Below are positions 1-11,610 of a DNA stretch of 64,000 bases, one piece after another. The stretch spans positions 10,279,839-10,343,838 of the forward strand of contig CM119271.1 in assembly GCA_051294375.1 (NCBI GenBank). The letters are read 5' to 3'. Made by a program: the position numbers and the translations under genes. Origin of the DNA: Paraspadella gotoi. Its lineage: Eukaryota > Animalia > Chaetognatha. The notes below the pieces were generated by a model. That model was not told the DNA's origin. It was given only the letters and a program-made list of their open reading frames with translations, and ran no database searches. Position 1 is the first letter of the stretch; every line of letters starts with the position of its first letter.

Positions 1-854
1 GTCGTTTGTATAAGAAGGACGCGGTGTAAATTAATTGTCTAATATCTGATACTTTTATTCAGATTTANNNNNNNNNNNNNNNNNNNNNNNNNNNNNNNNN
101 NNNNNNNNNNNNNNNNNNNNNNNNNNNNNNNNNNNNNNNNNNNNNNNNNNNNNNNNNNNNNNNNNNNNNNNNNNNNNNNNNNNNNNNNNNNNNNNNNNNN
201 NNNNNNNNNNNNNNNNNNNNNNNNNNNNNNNNNNNNNNNNNNNNNNNNNNNNNNNNNNNNNNNNNNNNNNNNNNNNNNNNNNNNNNNNNNNNNNNNNNNN
301 NNNNNNNNNNNNNNNNNNNNNNNNNNNNNNNNNNNNNNNNNNNNNNNNNNNNNNNNNNNNNNNNNNNNNNNNNNNNNNNNNNNNNNNNNNNNNNNNNNNN
401 NNNNNNNNNNNNNNNNNNNNNNNNNNNNNNNNNNNNNNNNNNNNNNNNNNNNNNNNNNNNNNNNNNNNNNNNNNNNNNNNNNNNNNNNNNNNNNNNNNNN
501 NNNNNNNNNNNNNNNNNNNNNNNNNNNNNNNNNNNNNNNNNNNNNNNNNNNNNNNNNNNNNNNNNNNNNNNNNNNNNNNNNNNNNNNNNNNNNNNNNNNN
601 NNNNNNNNNNNNNNNNNNNNNNNNNNNNNNNNNNNNNNNNNNNNNNNNNNNNNNNNNNNNNNNNNNNNNNNNNNNNNNNNNNNNNNNNNNNNNNNNNNNN
701 NNNNNNNNNNNNNNNNNNNNNNNNNNNNNNNNNNNNNNNNNNNNNNNNNNNNNNNNNNNNNNNNNNNNNNNNNNNNNNNNNNNNNNNNNNNNNNNNNNNN
801 NNNNNNNNNNNNNNNNNNNNNNNNNATTTTTATAGTTAAATTTTCATCTGTTGA

Positions 855-1112
855 TATTCATTCATTTTTCAAATTCATTCATTCATTCAAACGAAGATAT
901 TCATTCATTTTTCAATTTATTCATTCATTCAAACGAAGATATTCATTCATTTTTTCAATTCATTCATTCATTCATTCAAACGAAGATATTCATTCATTTT
1001 TTCAATTTATTCATTCCTTCAAACGAAGATATACATTCATTTTTCGATTCATTCGTTCATTCAAACGAAGATATTCATTCATTTTTTCAATTCATTCAAT
1101 CATTCAAACGAA
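855..1112. repeat. Minisatellite, ~37-41 bp unit (TTCATTCATTCAAACGAAGATATTCATTCATTTTTTCAA), about 6 copies
   Basis: AAACGAAG recurs every ~40 bp in a TTCA matrix. It explains ORF 851..1222. Confidence 0.9.
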
Positions 1113-1130
1113 GTCCGTCTCGCGACTCAC

Positions 1131-1273
1131 GAGGCCATGACGATGAAACAGTCGAGCCGGTTCCACGTGTCCGAGAGGTAAGTGTTCTTCCCGGTAAATC
1201 CCATAGCGACGATTTTGATTAACATTTCAATGAGGAAGAAAAGGGAGATCAAATGGTCCAACATTTCTAACAC
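1131..1273 (-). CDS. Cav3: T-type voltage-gated calcium channel (Cav3) alpha-1 subunit, internal exon encoding domain I S2-S3
   Basis: Translation VLEMLDHLISLFFLIEMLIKIVAMGFTGKNTYLSDTWNRLDCFIVMA+TC (143 nt); YLxDTWNRLDxFIV is typical of Cav3 IS3. Pyrimidine tract plus cag| acceptor, |GTGAGT donor. Joins the upstream exon in phase 0. The gene continues into the gap or off the left end. Confidence 0.95.
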
Positions 1274-1938
1274 CTGAACGGATAGAGAAAGGGGATAGAA
1301 AAGGGGGGATAGAATGAAAGACAGAATTTATGCAAATGAGTTCCGAGGCGAGAAAGGTAAAGTTGAAGTTCTTTTATCCGAGAGTGCCCCGTTTCTGTTT
1401 CGTTTATCTGAGAATTTCATTTTAATCTTAATATTTAATATGATATTAAATATCAAATATTTATAATAATAATAAATATATATAATAATAGTAATTTTAA
1501 TTCTAGAATAAAAATCATTGTTTACATATTTAATAAATTCTTTATAATAATAATAGTAATAATATATAATATAATATATAACCTTATCTTTAACCTTAAC
1601 CCTAAACCATTATCGATTTTTCTTAATTTTTAACCCTAACCTCTTACCCTAAACACTCATCCCTAACCAAAATCCCTAATCTATAACCTCTAACCTAATC
1701 TTTAACTAAAATAAAATTAACTCTAACTCCTCATTTAAGATGAAATGGGGCATTCTGGGAAAATAAAGCCAAAAAGAGGGAGGGGTTGGGGGAAAAAGTT
1801 GTAAGAGCAAACAATTAGATCGAGGACAAATGGGAAAGGAGGAGAAACGATTAAAAAAGGAACAGCCCTCCTCCTCCTCCTCCTCCTCCTCCTCCTCCTT
1901 TTTTACATCGACAAAGAAAAACATTGCGTCTCGGTTAC
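1274..1938 (-). other. U2-type GT-AG intron between the two Cav3 exons (phase 0)
   Basis: GTAACC at 1938 and ...tctctatccgttcag at 1274; splicing keeps the reading frame RCQ|VLE. Confidence 0.9.
1381..1756. mobile_element. MITE-like element with ~15 bp terminal inverted repeats and a degenerate (TAACCC)n interior
   Basis: AGAGTGCCCCGTTTC (1381) and GAAATGGGGCATTCT (1742-1756) match as inverted repeats at 13/15. AT-rich body with a telomere-like tract at ~1580-1710. A related end plus TAACC-like tract occurs at ~57935-58050. Confidence 0.55.
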
Positions 1939-2041
1939 CTGGCAACGCGTTTGTAAACATTCTTCGTCGACGCAGGGAGTGTAGCTGCCCAGCGTGACGC
2001 AGTTCAACAGAATTACGGACATTGAAATCCGCTCGAACCAC
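1939..2041 (-). CDS. Cav3: T-type voltage-gated calcium channel (Cav3, CACNA1G/H/I ortholog) alpha-1 subunit, internal exon encoding domain I S1 and the S1-S2 loop
   Basis: Manual translation: G|[34 protein letters not shown] (103 nt), closely matching the Cav3 IS1 segment [23 protein letters not shown]. Flanked by a ccac| (AC) acceptor and a |GTAACC donor. Absent from the ORF track in this frame. Confidence 0.95.
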
Positions 2042-2083
2042 GTGGAGAGGACGAGGAAGGAACGAAGACGAGGTTAAGGAAAA
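2042..2083 (-). promoter_or_regulatory. U12 (minor spliceosome) branch site and AC 3' splice site of a probable AT-AC intron
   Basis: Minus strand reads TTTTCCTTAACCTCGTCTTCGTTCCTTCCTCGTCCTCTCCAC|GTGG. This gives a consensus TTCCTTAAC branch site, then no AG or AC until the terminal AC. An AT-AC intron just before IS1 is a known feature of Cav/Nav channel genes. Confidence 0.9.
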
Positions 2084-2909
2084 CTCGATGCTCTTTTTTT
2101 TTTAATTAGGTTCATTTTCCAAGATGGCGGCGTCCAGGCATGCATTCGATTCGCACGTTATTTCATCAGCATCATAGAAAATTTGATATATCATTCACCA
2201 ACACATCACAATCACACGATAGTTTCATCACTTTATCACAGTCGATATAATTTAATCACAACCGTCTCCTTTTTCACGATAATTATCTTTTCTTCACATT
2301 CAATGTCACTTTTCAAAAATCAAAGGGAAAAAAACNNNNNNNNNNNNNNNNNNNNNNNNNGAAACCTATAGATTAAATCGAAAGAATAGATAATGTCCTA
2401 ACTAATCCGAATCTCTCTCTCACAGATCTATCATCGATCTCTCATACTGCACAAGATCTCATAGATAAATAGAAAGTCTCTACAGTACAATCATACAATA
2501 GTATACACACATCCATATTAAGATACAGAAGCAAGATAATAATAGACAAGAAACAGGATAAACAGTACAGATTACGTGATCAGTGACAGAGATGATATAA
2601 ATATGAGTAGTATAACTACTTCAAGAACTCGAATAATAGAATAATACAAGAAATACTATGATTAAATAACATCTACTTCTCCCTCCCTTTAAATCCGACA
2701 CAGCTACTACAGAAACATGAATAATTCAGTCCTGATCTTCAGTTTTTGAGTTTATTATAAAACACAAAATCGTCACAATCTTTTTCGACTTTTGAAGTTT
2801 TTTCGCATTTAATTAAAGGGAGGGTTTTTTTTATTTGAAGTGGAAATTGTCATTCAAATTCGCGAATTTATTTCGCAAAGAAATTCTTTCCCGTTTTATG
2901 TGTTTCTTT

Positions 2910-2944
<35 letters not shown>

Positions 2945-2978
2945 AGAAGAGAGAGAGAGAGAGAGAGAGAGAAGAGAG

Positions 2979-3016
<38 letters not shown>

Positions 3017-3188
3017 AGAAGAGAAAGAAACAATAAGTTTTCCCCCCTCCCGTCGTTTCGGAGGGTGTCGCCCAGAAAGTGATCGACGTTTCTCTTGCCT
3101 CTCTTCTCTCTCCTCTTCTACCCTCGCTCCTCTTCTCTCCTCCTTCTTCCTTTCTTTGAGAGGCGGGGCGTCGGGGGTGAGTCTTTGA

Positions 3189-5115
3189 CCGACGATGGGT
3201 AAGTTTTTGAGAGGGTAGTGAGTTTTAATTGGATCGAGAAGGTGAGGGTTTGAGGTGGCGAGGATTAAATTAAGGGGCCGAATCAAGAATTAACGGGGGA
3301 CCCTGATATCGCAAAGATTTGATTGAGTGACGAGGAAAGAAAAAACAAATTATTCAAAAAGTATTGGTTATTAAAATGAAAATGAAATAAATGAGTACAA
3401 AAAACAAAATCAGGAATTATATAATTATATATACAACATAACATCTATTATTAATATGAAATATCCTAAAATCCTAATAATTATATAATATTAAATGTAC
3501 GGTACGGCGTAACAAAATTATCAGAAAATTTCTCTTTGCCAAAAAATTACCAGTGGAATACTTCGTCCCGTTTCTCTAGAGCTCGTCCCCCCTTAAAATC
3601 CACGCAAGGAAATGTCCAGATTTTCCAGACGGAGAAATTAAAAAAAAGGGTCACAATTTATTCGGACGACGGAGAAGGAAAAAGGACAGGAGAATAAGGA
3701 AAAAGGAAAGGAAAAAAATGGGCCAGAGTTTCGGAAGATTAAATTGGGTCATCCTCTTGAGTTCCGAGTCTTTGGCCAATGAATAGATACGGGCGGGCCG
3801 ACTGGACGAATTAAAAAAAAGTTATCTTTAATGTATTAATTTATACTTATTATTAATTAAATGATATTTAAAACGAACTAGGTACCCCCTATGGTGAGAC
3901 ATACTTCAAGCGAAACACTAGCTTTCGTAGCAACTGGAAACGACGTGTAAAACTTCTTTTTCCTGTTTCAAGTCTTCGCATCTACAGTGGTCCCTTTCAT
4001 CTCTCGCTCTAATCAGTTTTCCGATCATCGATGAACCACGAACTACGACGAACGTCAACGAACGAACTACGACGAAACAACGACAACGAGACTGACGAGG
4101 AATGACAAATACATCGAAGAACATGACGAACTCAAAGAACTATGACGAACTTCGACGAACATGACGAAAACCATAAACGACACTACGAACGACGAACTAG
4201 TGACGAACTTAGACGACAACTACGAACGGAACTACGACGACTACGACGGACTACGGATGGACGAACTACGACGAAAATAAAAGACCTGATCGAATTCGAT
4301 TCTTTTTCGCCGTTCGATAGTTTTTCGTCGATGAACCTCAACGTTCGCCTTTGAACTTTCGTCAACCAGCGAAACCCTTCACGTTTCTCTCTCTCGTCTC
4401 TCCAGTCCTCGTCTCTCTCTCCTCTTCTCTCTCTCTCTTCTCTCCTTCTCTCTCCTCTCTCTCTCTCTCTCTTTCCAATCAACACACCCCGCCGTCCCAT
4501 TAAAAGAGACCCCCTCCTGGGCCGTCTTGGACGCTTGCAATCCCGGACCCTACTGCGTCACCCGCAGCGAACCCGTCCAACGCGCCCTCTTTCCCTCTCG
4601 CCCACTTTTGTATTTCCCTTTTCCTGTTTTCCCCTTTTCTGTCCCCGCTTTTTTCCTTTGGTCCCGCGCATCGGCATTAGGTACCTGGACTCGATCCCCG
4701 ATGGGTTAATATATCCCGAAGGACGGGGGGGACGAAACCGCCATTGGGGACATGAAAAACCCTCAAGCTGTTCCAAGCCCAGGAACCCGGTTCAGCCGCT
4801 AGAGGGGTTTCAAGAAGTTGCGGATACACCGCAGCCTACTTAGTCGCCATATCCACACCATTACCCCCCCACGCACTTCGCCGCCCACATCGGCACAGCA
4901 CCCCTTTTCATCCATTCCAACTCCCTCCCCTGCCCGCGCCCTTCAGGGGTCGCCCCACAGGGTCCAACCCACCATCTTATCGTGGTCGGGCTTTTCTCCC
5001 TAGAGCCATCGCCGTCGTCGGGAGTCATTCTCTTCCAACGAGTTTCGCCCCGCAGTGTCCACCACCGCTCCTCCTTTCCCTTAGCTTTCCTTTTTTTTAA
5101 TTCTTTTTTCTTTTC

Positions 5116-5146
<31 letters not shown>

Positions 5147-6086
5147 TTACTTTTTTCTCTCCTCTATTTATTCTTCTCTTCTCTTCCTTCTCTTCTCTTA
5201 CTCTTCTCTTTTTTTCTCTTCTCTTTTCTTCTCTCTCTTCTCTTATCTTCCTCTCTTCTCTTCGTCTTCTCTCTCTCTCTTCTTTTCTTTTAAAGTTTTT
5301 TTTTTTTTTCTTTTCTCCTCCTTCTCTTCTCTTCCTCCTTCTTCTCCCGCCCTTCTCTTCTCTTCTCTTCTTTCTTTTAAGTTTTTTCATTTTTATTACT
5401 TTTTATTTTATACTTTCTTTTTTTAATACTTTTCTTTTTCTTCCCCTCCTCTTTTCTTTTTTCTTTTTTTTCTTTTGAATTCTTTTTGGTTTTCTCTCCT
5501 CATTCGACAACCTCCCCCCTCTGCCAAGCCTCAGTTTTATCATTATATTTTCCCCGCCCCGGCCGAAAGTCAATCTCAAAAACTCATTAAATTCCCCCGT
5601 TTGGATGTCTCTCGATGTCTCTTCATTCGAAACTAAGTTATAATCCTTTCTCCTCACTGAAGGAAACTCTCTCTTTCTTTCTCCTCCTTCACTTCCCAAT
5701 TTTCTTTCCATCTCCTTAAATCTTCTCTTTTTCATATTCCCTTTTCCCTCCGAATTCCTCATTTCCTCTGCCTCCTTTTCCTCTATTCTACATAATCCTT
5801 TACCTCCTCCCCATTCCCTGCCTCTTTTCAGTCTTCAATAAACTTTTTCTTCCCTTCCCTTTTTTCTTCTTTCAACAATCTTCTCTTCTTCCTTTCTTGT
5901 CTCTACTTCCTTCCTCCTTTCTCTCTCCTCGCCTGTACTTCTCTTCCTTTCTTTCCTCCACCTCTCCTACCTTCCTTCCCTCTCTTTTGTTTTCCTCTTC
6001 CTTCCTCTTTCCCCTCTTCCTTCCTCTCTCTCCCTTTTTCCTTCCTCCCTTACATTCTTTCCCTCTCCCTTCCCCCTTCCCTCTCC
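3189..6086 (+). repeat. Noisy direct duplicate of 8967-~11610 (probable gap-fill or haplotype redundancy)
   Basis: Colinear near-identity throughout (e.g. GAGTTCCGAGTCTT.GGCCAATG, CTAGCTTTCGTAGCAACTGGAAACGAC), differing mostly by single-base indels. This copy lies between 25-N gaps at 2336-2360 and 6087-6111. Confidence 0.85.
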
Positions 6087-6235
6087 NNNNNNNNNNNNNN
6101 NNNNNNNNNNNTCTTTCAATTTGTTTTTTCCGTATATATTTCCCCATCACGTCTACAACTAATTGATTTTTATTAAAAGTAACGATGTTAAACAAAGAAA
6201 TATGCGACAATAACTCTGATATTCATCCGCTAAAA

Positions 6236-6460
6236 TAACAAGTTTGAGCAAACAATGTCGGATCTGCCCACGATAATTATCGGTAATTAATTAATTAATT
6301 ATTAATTAATTAATTATTATTTATTATAATTAATTAATAATTAATAAATAATAATTAATTAATAATTAATCAATTAAATTTATTTAATTAATTAGGCAAT
6401 AAATTAATTAGGCAATTCATTAATTAATTTGATCTGCTGATAAGCAGATCCGACTAAAAA
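6236..6460 (-). mobile_element. Non-autonomous Helentron/DINE-1-like (HINE) element
   Basis: 11 bp inverted repeats GTCGGATCTGC (6257) and GCAGATCCGAC (6444). One arm also forms a local hairpin GATCTGCT-gata-AGCAGATC. On the minus strand it ends ...TTGTTTGCTCAAACTTGTT. A homologous end is in opposite orientation at ~36650-36706. Confidence 0.5.
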
Positions 6461-6614
6461 GACATAAAAATATATTTAAACAGATAAACAAAAATATTTT
6501 TAAAAGACTGACAAACGATCGATTTTTTTAAAAAAAAGTCCCTGGATCATCAATCTTTTGTTTCTTAAATTTAGAGTCGCTTTTAAAAAGGTTTTTTTAC
6601 TACCTTTCTCCTTT

Positions 6615-6658
<44 letters not shown>

Positions 6659-7261
6659 GCCGGCCATTTACATTTTTTTCAACTTTATAGTCGCTTCTCA
6701 ACGAGACTCTATAAGACGCTCTACTGAGAATTATGTTATTTGAACTAAGCTTAGAAAATGAAAAGTGTTACATAAATGGGTTTCATCGTCTGAATCATAC
6801 GTTTTCGTCCCTCGAATGAGAAAGAAGGAAATAGGAAGAGGAAAAGGAGGAAGAGGATCAGCAGCCGCAGGAAAATCATCATCAGCAGGAAAATCAGCAG
6901 CAGGAATAATAGAAAGAAAGTATAAGCTGATTTTACTACGAAATCGTCATTCCTTCCTTTTTTCTTTTTCCTCTTTCCTTTTATTTCCTTTTTCCAAAAA
7001 CTACGCTTTCCTCTTTTCAATTTTTTTTTTCTCCCGTACACAAAGAGCGAGCAGCGAAGGAAACTTATTTTTGACGATGGGGAAAACTGGATTTTTCCCC
7101 TCGAGGGACGACGCTCCGCAGTCGGCACGGCCCGCTGCGCGGTCGGCGCTGCGCACTCCGTCACTTTGCAGTTCGAATCGAAAGTAGCTCGCTGATGAAA
7201 ATCGCTTTCCTTTTTTTTTTTCTTCTTCCAGCCCATCACACGCGCCGGTCGACCACAACTC

Positions 7262-7535
7262 TCCCAGCCAATCAATTTTCAACTAGATTTAAATCTGAGA
7301 TTCAAGTTCACAATTTTCAACTTTTGAGGAATCAATGAGGCCAATCGACCAATCACGAACGATCATTCCGATGACAAAGGAAGCCCCGCCTCTCCCATTA
7401 TCTTTCCATTTACAAAAATAAAACAAATCCACCAACCACAAACTAAGTTACCCATCATTCTCTCTCTCTCATTGGTCCTTTTTCTTCATCTTCTGATAGC
7501 CAATGAAAATTTTTTTTTCTCTCTCCGGATTGGCT
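7262..7535. promoter_or_regulatory. CCAAT-box cluster with GC box (TATA-less promoter-like)
   Basis: CCAAT/ATTGG at 7268, 7341, 7349, 7471, 7500 and 7529; GCCCCGCC at 7383; adjacent CpG-rich stretch at 7050-7260. Confidence 0.4.
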
Positions 7536-7573
7536 CATAAAAAAAAATTCCCCTCTCTCTCAAGTGACGGTCT

Positions 7574-7655
7574 TTTCTTTTCTTTTCTTTTCTTTTCTTT
7601 TCTTTTCTTTTCTTTTCTTTTCTTTTCTTTTCTTTTCTTTTCTTTTCTTTTCTTT
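7574..7655. repeat. (TTTTC)n pentanucleotide microsatellite
   Basis: Perfect tandem run. Confidence 0.95.
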
Positions 7656-7943
7656 TTTTGGCGCGCAAGAGCAATCTCCTTTTCCCTTTTCTTCTATTAT
7701 TGAGTGTTTTTTACCCCATTTTTAGAATCGACGATCTGAGGACTAAATGAATTACTTTGTCTGTGTCTCTGTCCGTTTCTTTTGATTGTCTGTCTGTCCG
7801 TCCGTGTGTCTGTCCTCTCCGCCATTTGAGCAGATCAAGTTCCAAATTTGGGTCGCCAGTAAAATATTTAAGTGCCGCGTGGATCATTGGGTCAGTTTGC
7901 ATCTCTCTCTCTCTCTCTTCTTTCAAATTATCAGCGAGAGAGA

Positions 7944-8000
<57 letters not shown>

Positions 8001-8966
8001 CAAAGGGATAAAAAAAAATTTTAAAGAAGGTAAAGAGAGAAAGATTTGTCAAAGAAAGGTGAGCGCATCGTCGTGAGAAGGAAATTGGCCAAGAAAGGAA
8101 CTTAGAAAAGTGAAAGAGAGAGAGAGAGAGAGAGACAGAGAGAGAAAACTGTATTCGATTTTACTGGTTGCTGCTGATAAAAAGTCTCAGTGCTGCGCTA
8201 CTTTGCACGCGAGGAAAACCCAAGAGGAAAACAAGAAGAGAGGAAAGGAGAGAGAGGGAGGGAGGGAGGAAAGGAGAGAGNNNNNNNNNNNNNNNNNNNN
8301 NNNNNNNNNNNNNNNNNNNNNNNNNNNNNNNNNNNNNNNNNNNNNNNNNNNNNNNNNNNNNNNNNNNNNNNNNNNNNNNNNNNNNNNNNNNNNNNNNNNN
8401 NNNNNNNNNNNNNNNNNNNNNNNNNNNNNNNNNNNNNNNNNNNNNNNNNNNNNNNNNNNNNNNNNNNNNNNNNNNNNNNNNNNNNNNNNNNNNNNNNNNN
8501 NNNNNNNNNNNNNNNNNNNNNNNNNNNNNAAGAAAAATTGTAGGATAGGGAGAAAAAAAGATGGCAGAGAGAAAGAGCAAGATGAGAGAGGGAGAAAGGA
8601 AGAAACAAAGAGAGAGAGTTTAAGCGACTACAAGAGGCTAAAAGAGAGAGAGTGGAGAGCGAGAGAGAGNNNNNNNNNNNNNNNNNNNNNNNNNNNNNNN
8701 NNNNNNNNNNNNNNNNNNNNNNNNNNNNNNNNNNNNNNNNNNNNNNNNNNNNNNNNNNNNNNNNNNNNNNNNNNNNNNNNNNNNNNNNNNNNNNNNNNNN
8801 NNNNNNNNNNNNNNNNNNNNNNNNNNNNNNNNNNNNNNNNNNNNNNNNNNNNNNNNNNNNNNNNNNNNNNNNNNNNNNNNNNNNNNNNNNNNNNNNNNNN
8901 NNNNNNNNNNNNNNNNNNNNNNNNNNNNNNNNNNNNNNNNNNNNNNNNNNNNNNNNNNNNNNNNNN

Positions 8967-11610
8967 CGCCGATGGGTAAGTTTTTTTTCGAGGGTGAGTT
9001 TAATTGGATTCGAGAGGTGAGGGTTGAGGTGAGGCGAGGATTAAATTAAGGGGCGAATCAGAATTTAAGGGGACTCTGATATCGCAAAGATTTGATTGAG
9101 ACGAGGAAAGAAATAACAAATTATTGAAAGTATTGGGTTATTAAAATGAAATGAAATGAAATGAGTACAACAAATACAAGAATTATATATTATATATACA
9201 ACATTAACATCTATTATTAAATATGAAATAAATCCTAAAATCCTAAAATAATTATAATAATATTAAATGTACGTACAAAATCAGAATTTCTCTTTGGCCA
9301 AAAAATTATCCAGTGAATACTTCGTCCCGTTTCTCTAGACTCGTCCCCTTAAATCCACTCGTCAAGAAATGTCCAGATTTTCAGACGATAAAAAAAAGGG
9401 TCACATTAATATTCGGACGACGGAGAAGGAAAAAAGGGACAGGAAGGAAAAAAGGAAAAAAGGAAAAAAGGAAAAAAATGGCCAGAGTTTCGGAGATTAA
9501 ATTGGGTCATCCCTCTTGAGTTCCGAGTCTTGGCCAATGATACGGGCGGCCGACTGGACGAATTAAAAGTTATCTTTAATGTATTAATTTATACTTATTA
9601 TTATTAAATGATATTTAAAACGAACTAGGTACCCTAGGTGAGACATACTTTAAGCGAACACTAGCTTTCGTAGCAACTGGAAACGACTGTACTTCTTTTC
9701 TGTTTCAGTCTTCGCATCTACAGTGGTCTCCGTTTCATCTCTCGCTCTATCAGTTTCCGATATCGATGACGACGAACTACGACGAACGTCAACGACGAAC
9801 TACGACGAACAACGACAACGAATGACGACGAATGACAAATAACATCGAAGAACCATGACGAACTACAACGAACTATGACGAACTTCGACGAACCATGACG
9901 AACCATAACGAACTACGACGAACTNNNNNNNNNNNNNNNNNNNNNNNNNNNNNNNNNNNNNNNNNNNNNNNNNNNNNNNNNNNNNNNNNNNNNNNNNNNN
10001 NNNNNNNNNNNNNNNNNNNNNNNNNNNNNNNNNNNNNNNNNNNNNNNNNNNNNNNNNNNNNNNNNNNNNNNNNNNNNNNNNNNNNNNNNNNNNNNNNNNN
10101 NNNNNNNNNNNNNNNNNNNNNNNNNNNNNNNNNNNNNNNNNNNNNNNNNNNNNNNNNNNNNNNNNNNNNNNNNNNNNNNNNNNNNNNNNNNNNNNTTCCC
10201 TTTTCTGTTTCCCCTTTTCTGTCCCCGTCTTTCTGTCCCGCGCATCGGCATTAGGTACCGGACTCGATCCCCGATGGTATATATACCCCGAGGACGGACG
10301 AAAACCGCCTTGGGGACATGGAAAAACCCTCAAGCCTGGTTCCAAGCCCAGGACCCGTTCNNNNNNNNNNNNNNNNNNNNNNNNNNNNNNNNNNNNNNNN
10401 NNNNNNNNNNNNNNNNNNNNNNNNNNNNNNNNNNNNNNNNNNNNNNNNNNNNNNNNNNNNNNNNNNNNNNNNNNNNNNNNNNNNNNNNNNNNNNNNNNNN
10501 NNNNNNNNNNNNNNNNNNNNNNNNNNNNNNCCTTCCCTGCCCGCGCCCTTCAGGGGTCGCCCCACAGGGGTCACCCACCATCTTATCGTGGTTCGGCTTT
10601 TCTCCTAAGCCATCGCCGTCGGTCGGGAGTCATTCCTTCCAACGAGTTTCGCCCCGCAGTGTCACCCTCTCTCTTTTTCCCCTTTAGCTTTCTTNNNNNN
10701 NNNNNNNNNNNNNNNNNNNNNNNNNNNNNNNNNNNNNNNNNNNNNNNNNNNNNNNNNNNNNNNNNNNNNNNNNNNNNNNNNNNNNNNNNNNNNNNNNNNN
10801 NNNNNNNNNNNNNNNNNNNNNNNNNNNNNNNNNNNNNNNNNNNNNNNNNNNNNNNNNNNNNNNNNNNNNNNNNNNNNNNNNNNNNNNNNNNNNNNNNNNN
10901 NNNNNNTCTTCTCTTCTCTTCTCTTCTCTTCTCTTCTCTTCTTTCTTTTTAAGTTTTTTCATTTTTACTTTTTTATTTTTATACTTTTCTTTTTTTATAC
11001 TTTTCTTTTTCTCTTTTCTTTTTTCTTTTTTTTTCTTTTGAATTCTTCTTTTCTCTCCTCTCAACCTCCCGCCCTCTGCCAGCCTCTTTTTTATCATTAT
11101 TATTTTCCGCCGAAAGTCAAAATCTCTCAAAAACTCATAAAATTCCCGTTTGATGTCTCTCGATGTCTCTTCACTTCGAACTAGTTATAAATCCTTTCTC
11201 TCCGACTTAGGAAACTCTCTCCTTTCTTTCTCCTCTTTCACTTCCTATTTTCTTTCCTCCTCCCCTTTATCTTCTCTTCATATTTCCTTTCCTCCGATTC
11301 CTCATTTTCCTCCCTTCCTTTTCTCCTATTCCTCATTATATCCTTTTACCTCCTCCCCATTCCTGCCTCTTTTCAGTCTTCATAAACTTTCTTCCCTTCC
11401 CCTTTTTTCTTTCAATCTCTCTCTTCTTCTTTCTCCCTACTTTCTCCTTTCTCCTCTCTCGCCTGTCTTCTCTTCTTCTTCCTCCACCTCTCTACCTTCC
11501 TTCCCTCTCTTTTGTTTCCTCTTCCCCCTTCCTTCTTTCCTCCTTTCCTTCCTGCTTTTCTCTTTTTTTCTCCTTCTCTCCCTTTCCTTCCTCCCTTCCT
11601 CCCTTTCCCG
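8967..11610 (+). repeat. Second copy of the ~2.9 kb duplicated segment (see 3189-6086)
   Basis: Same blocks in the same order, interrupted by N gaps. Confidence 0.85.
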
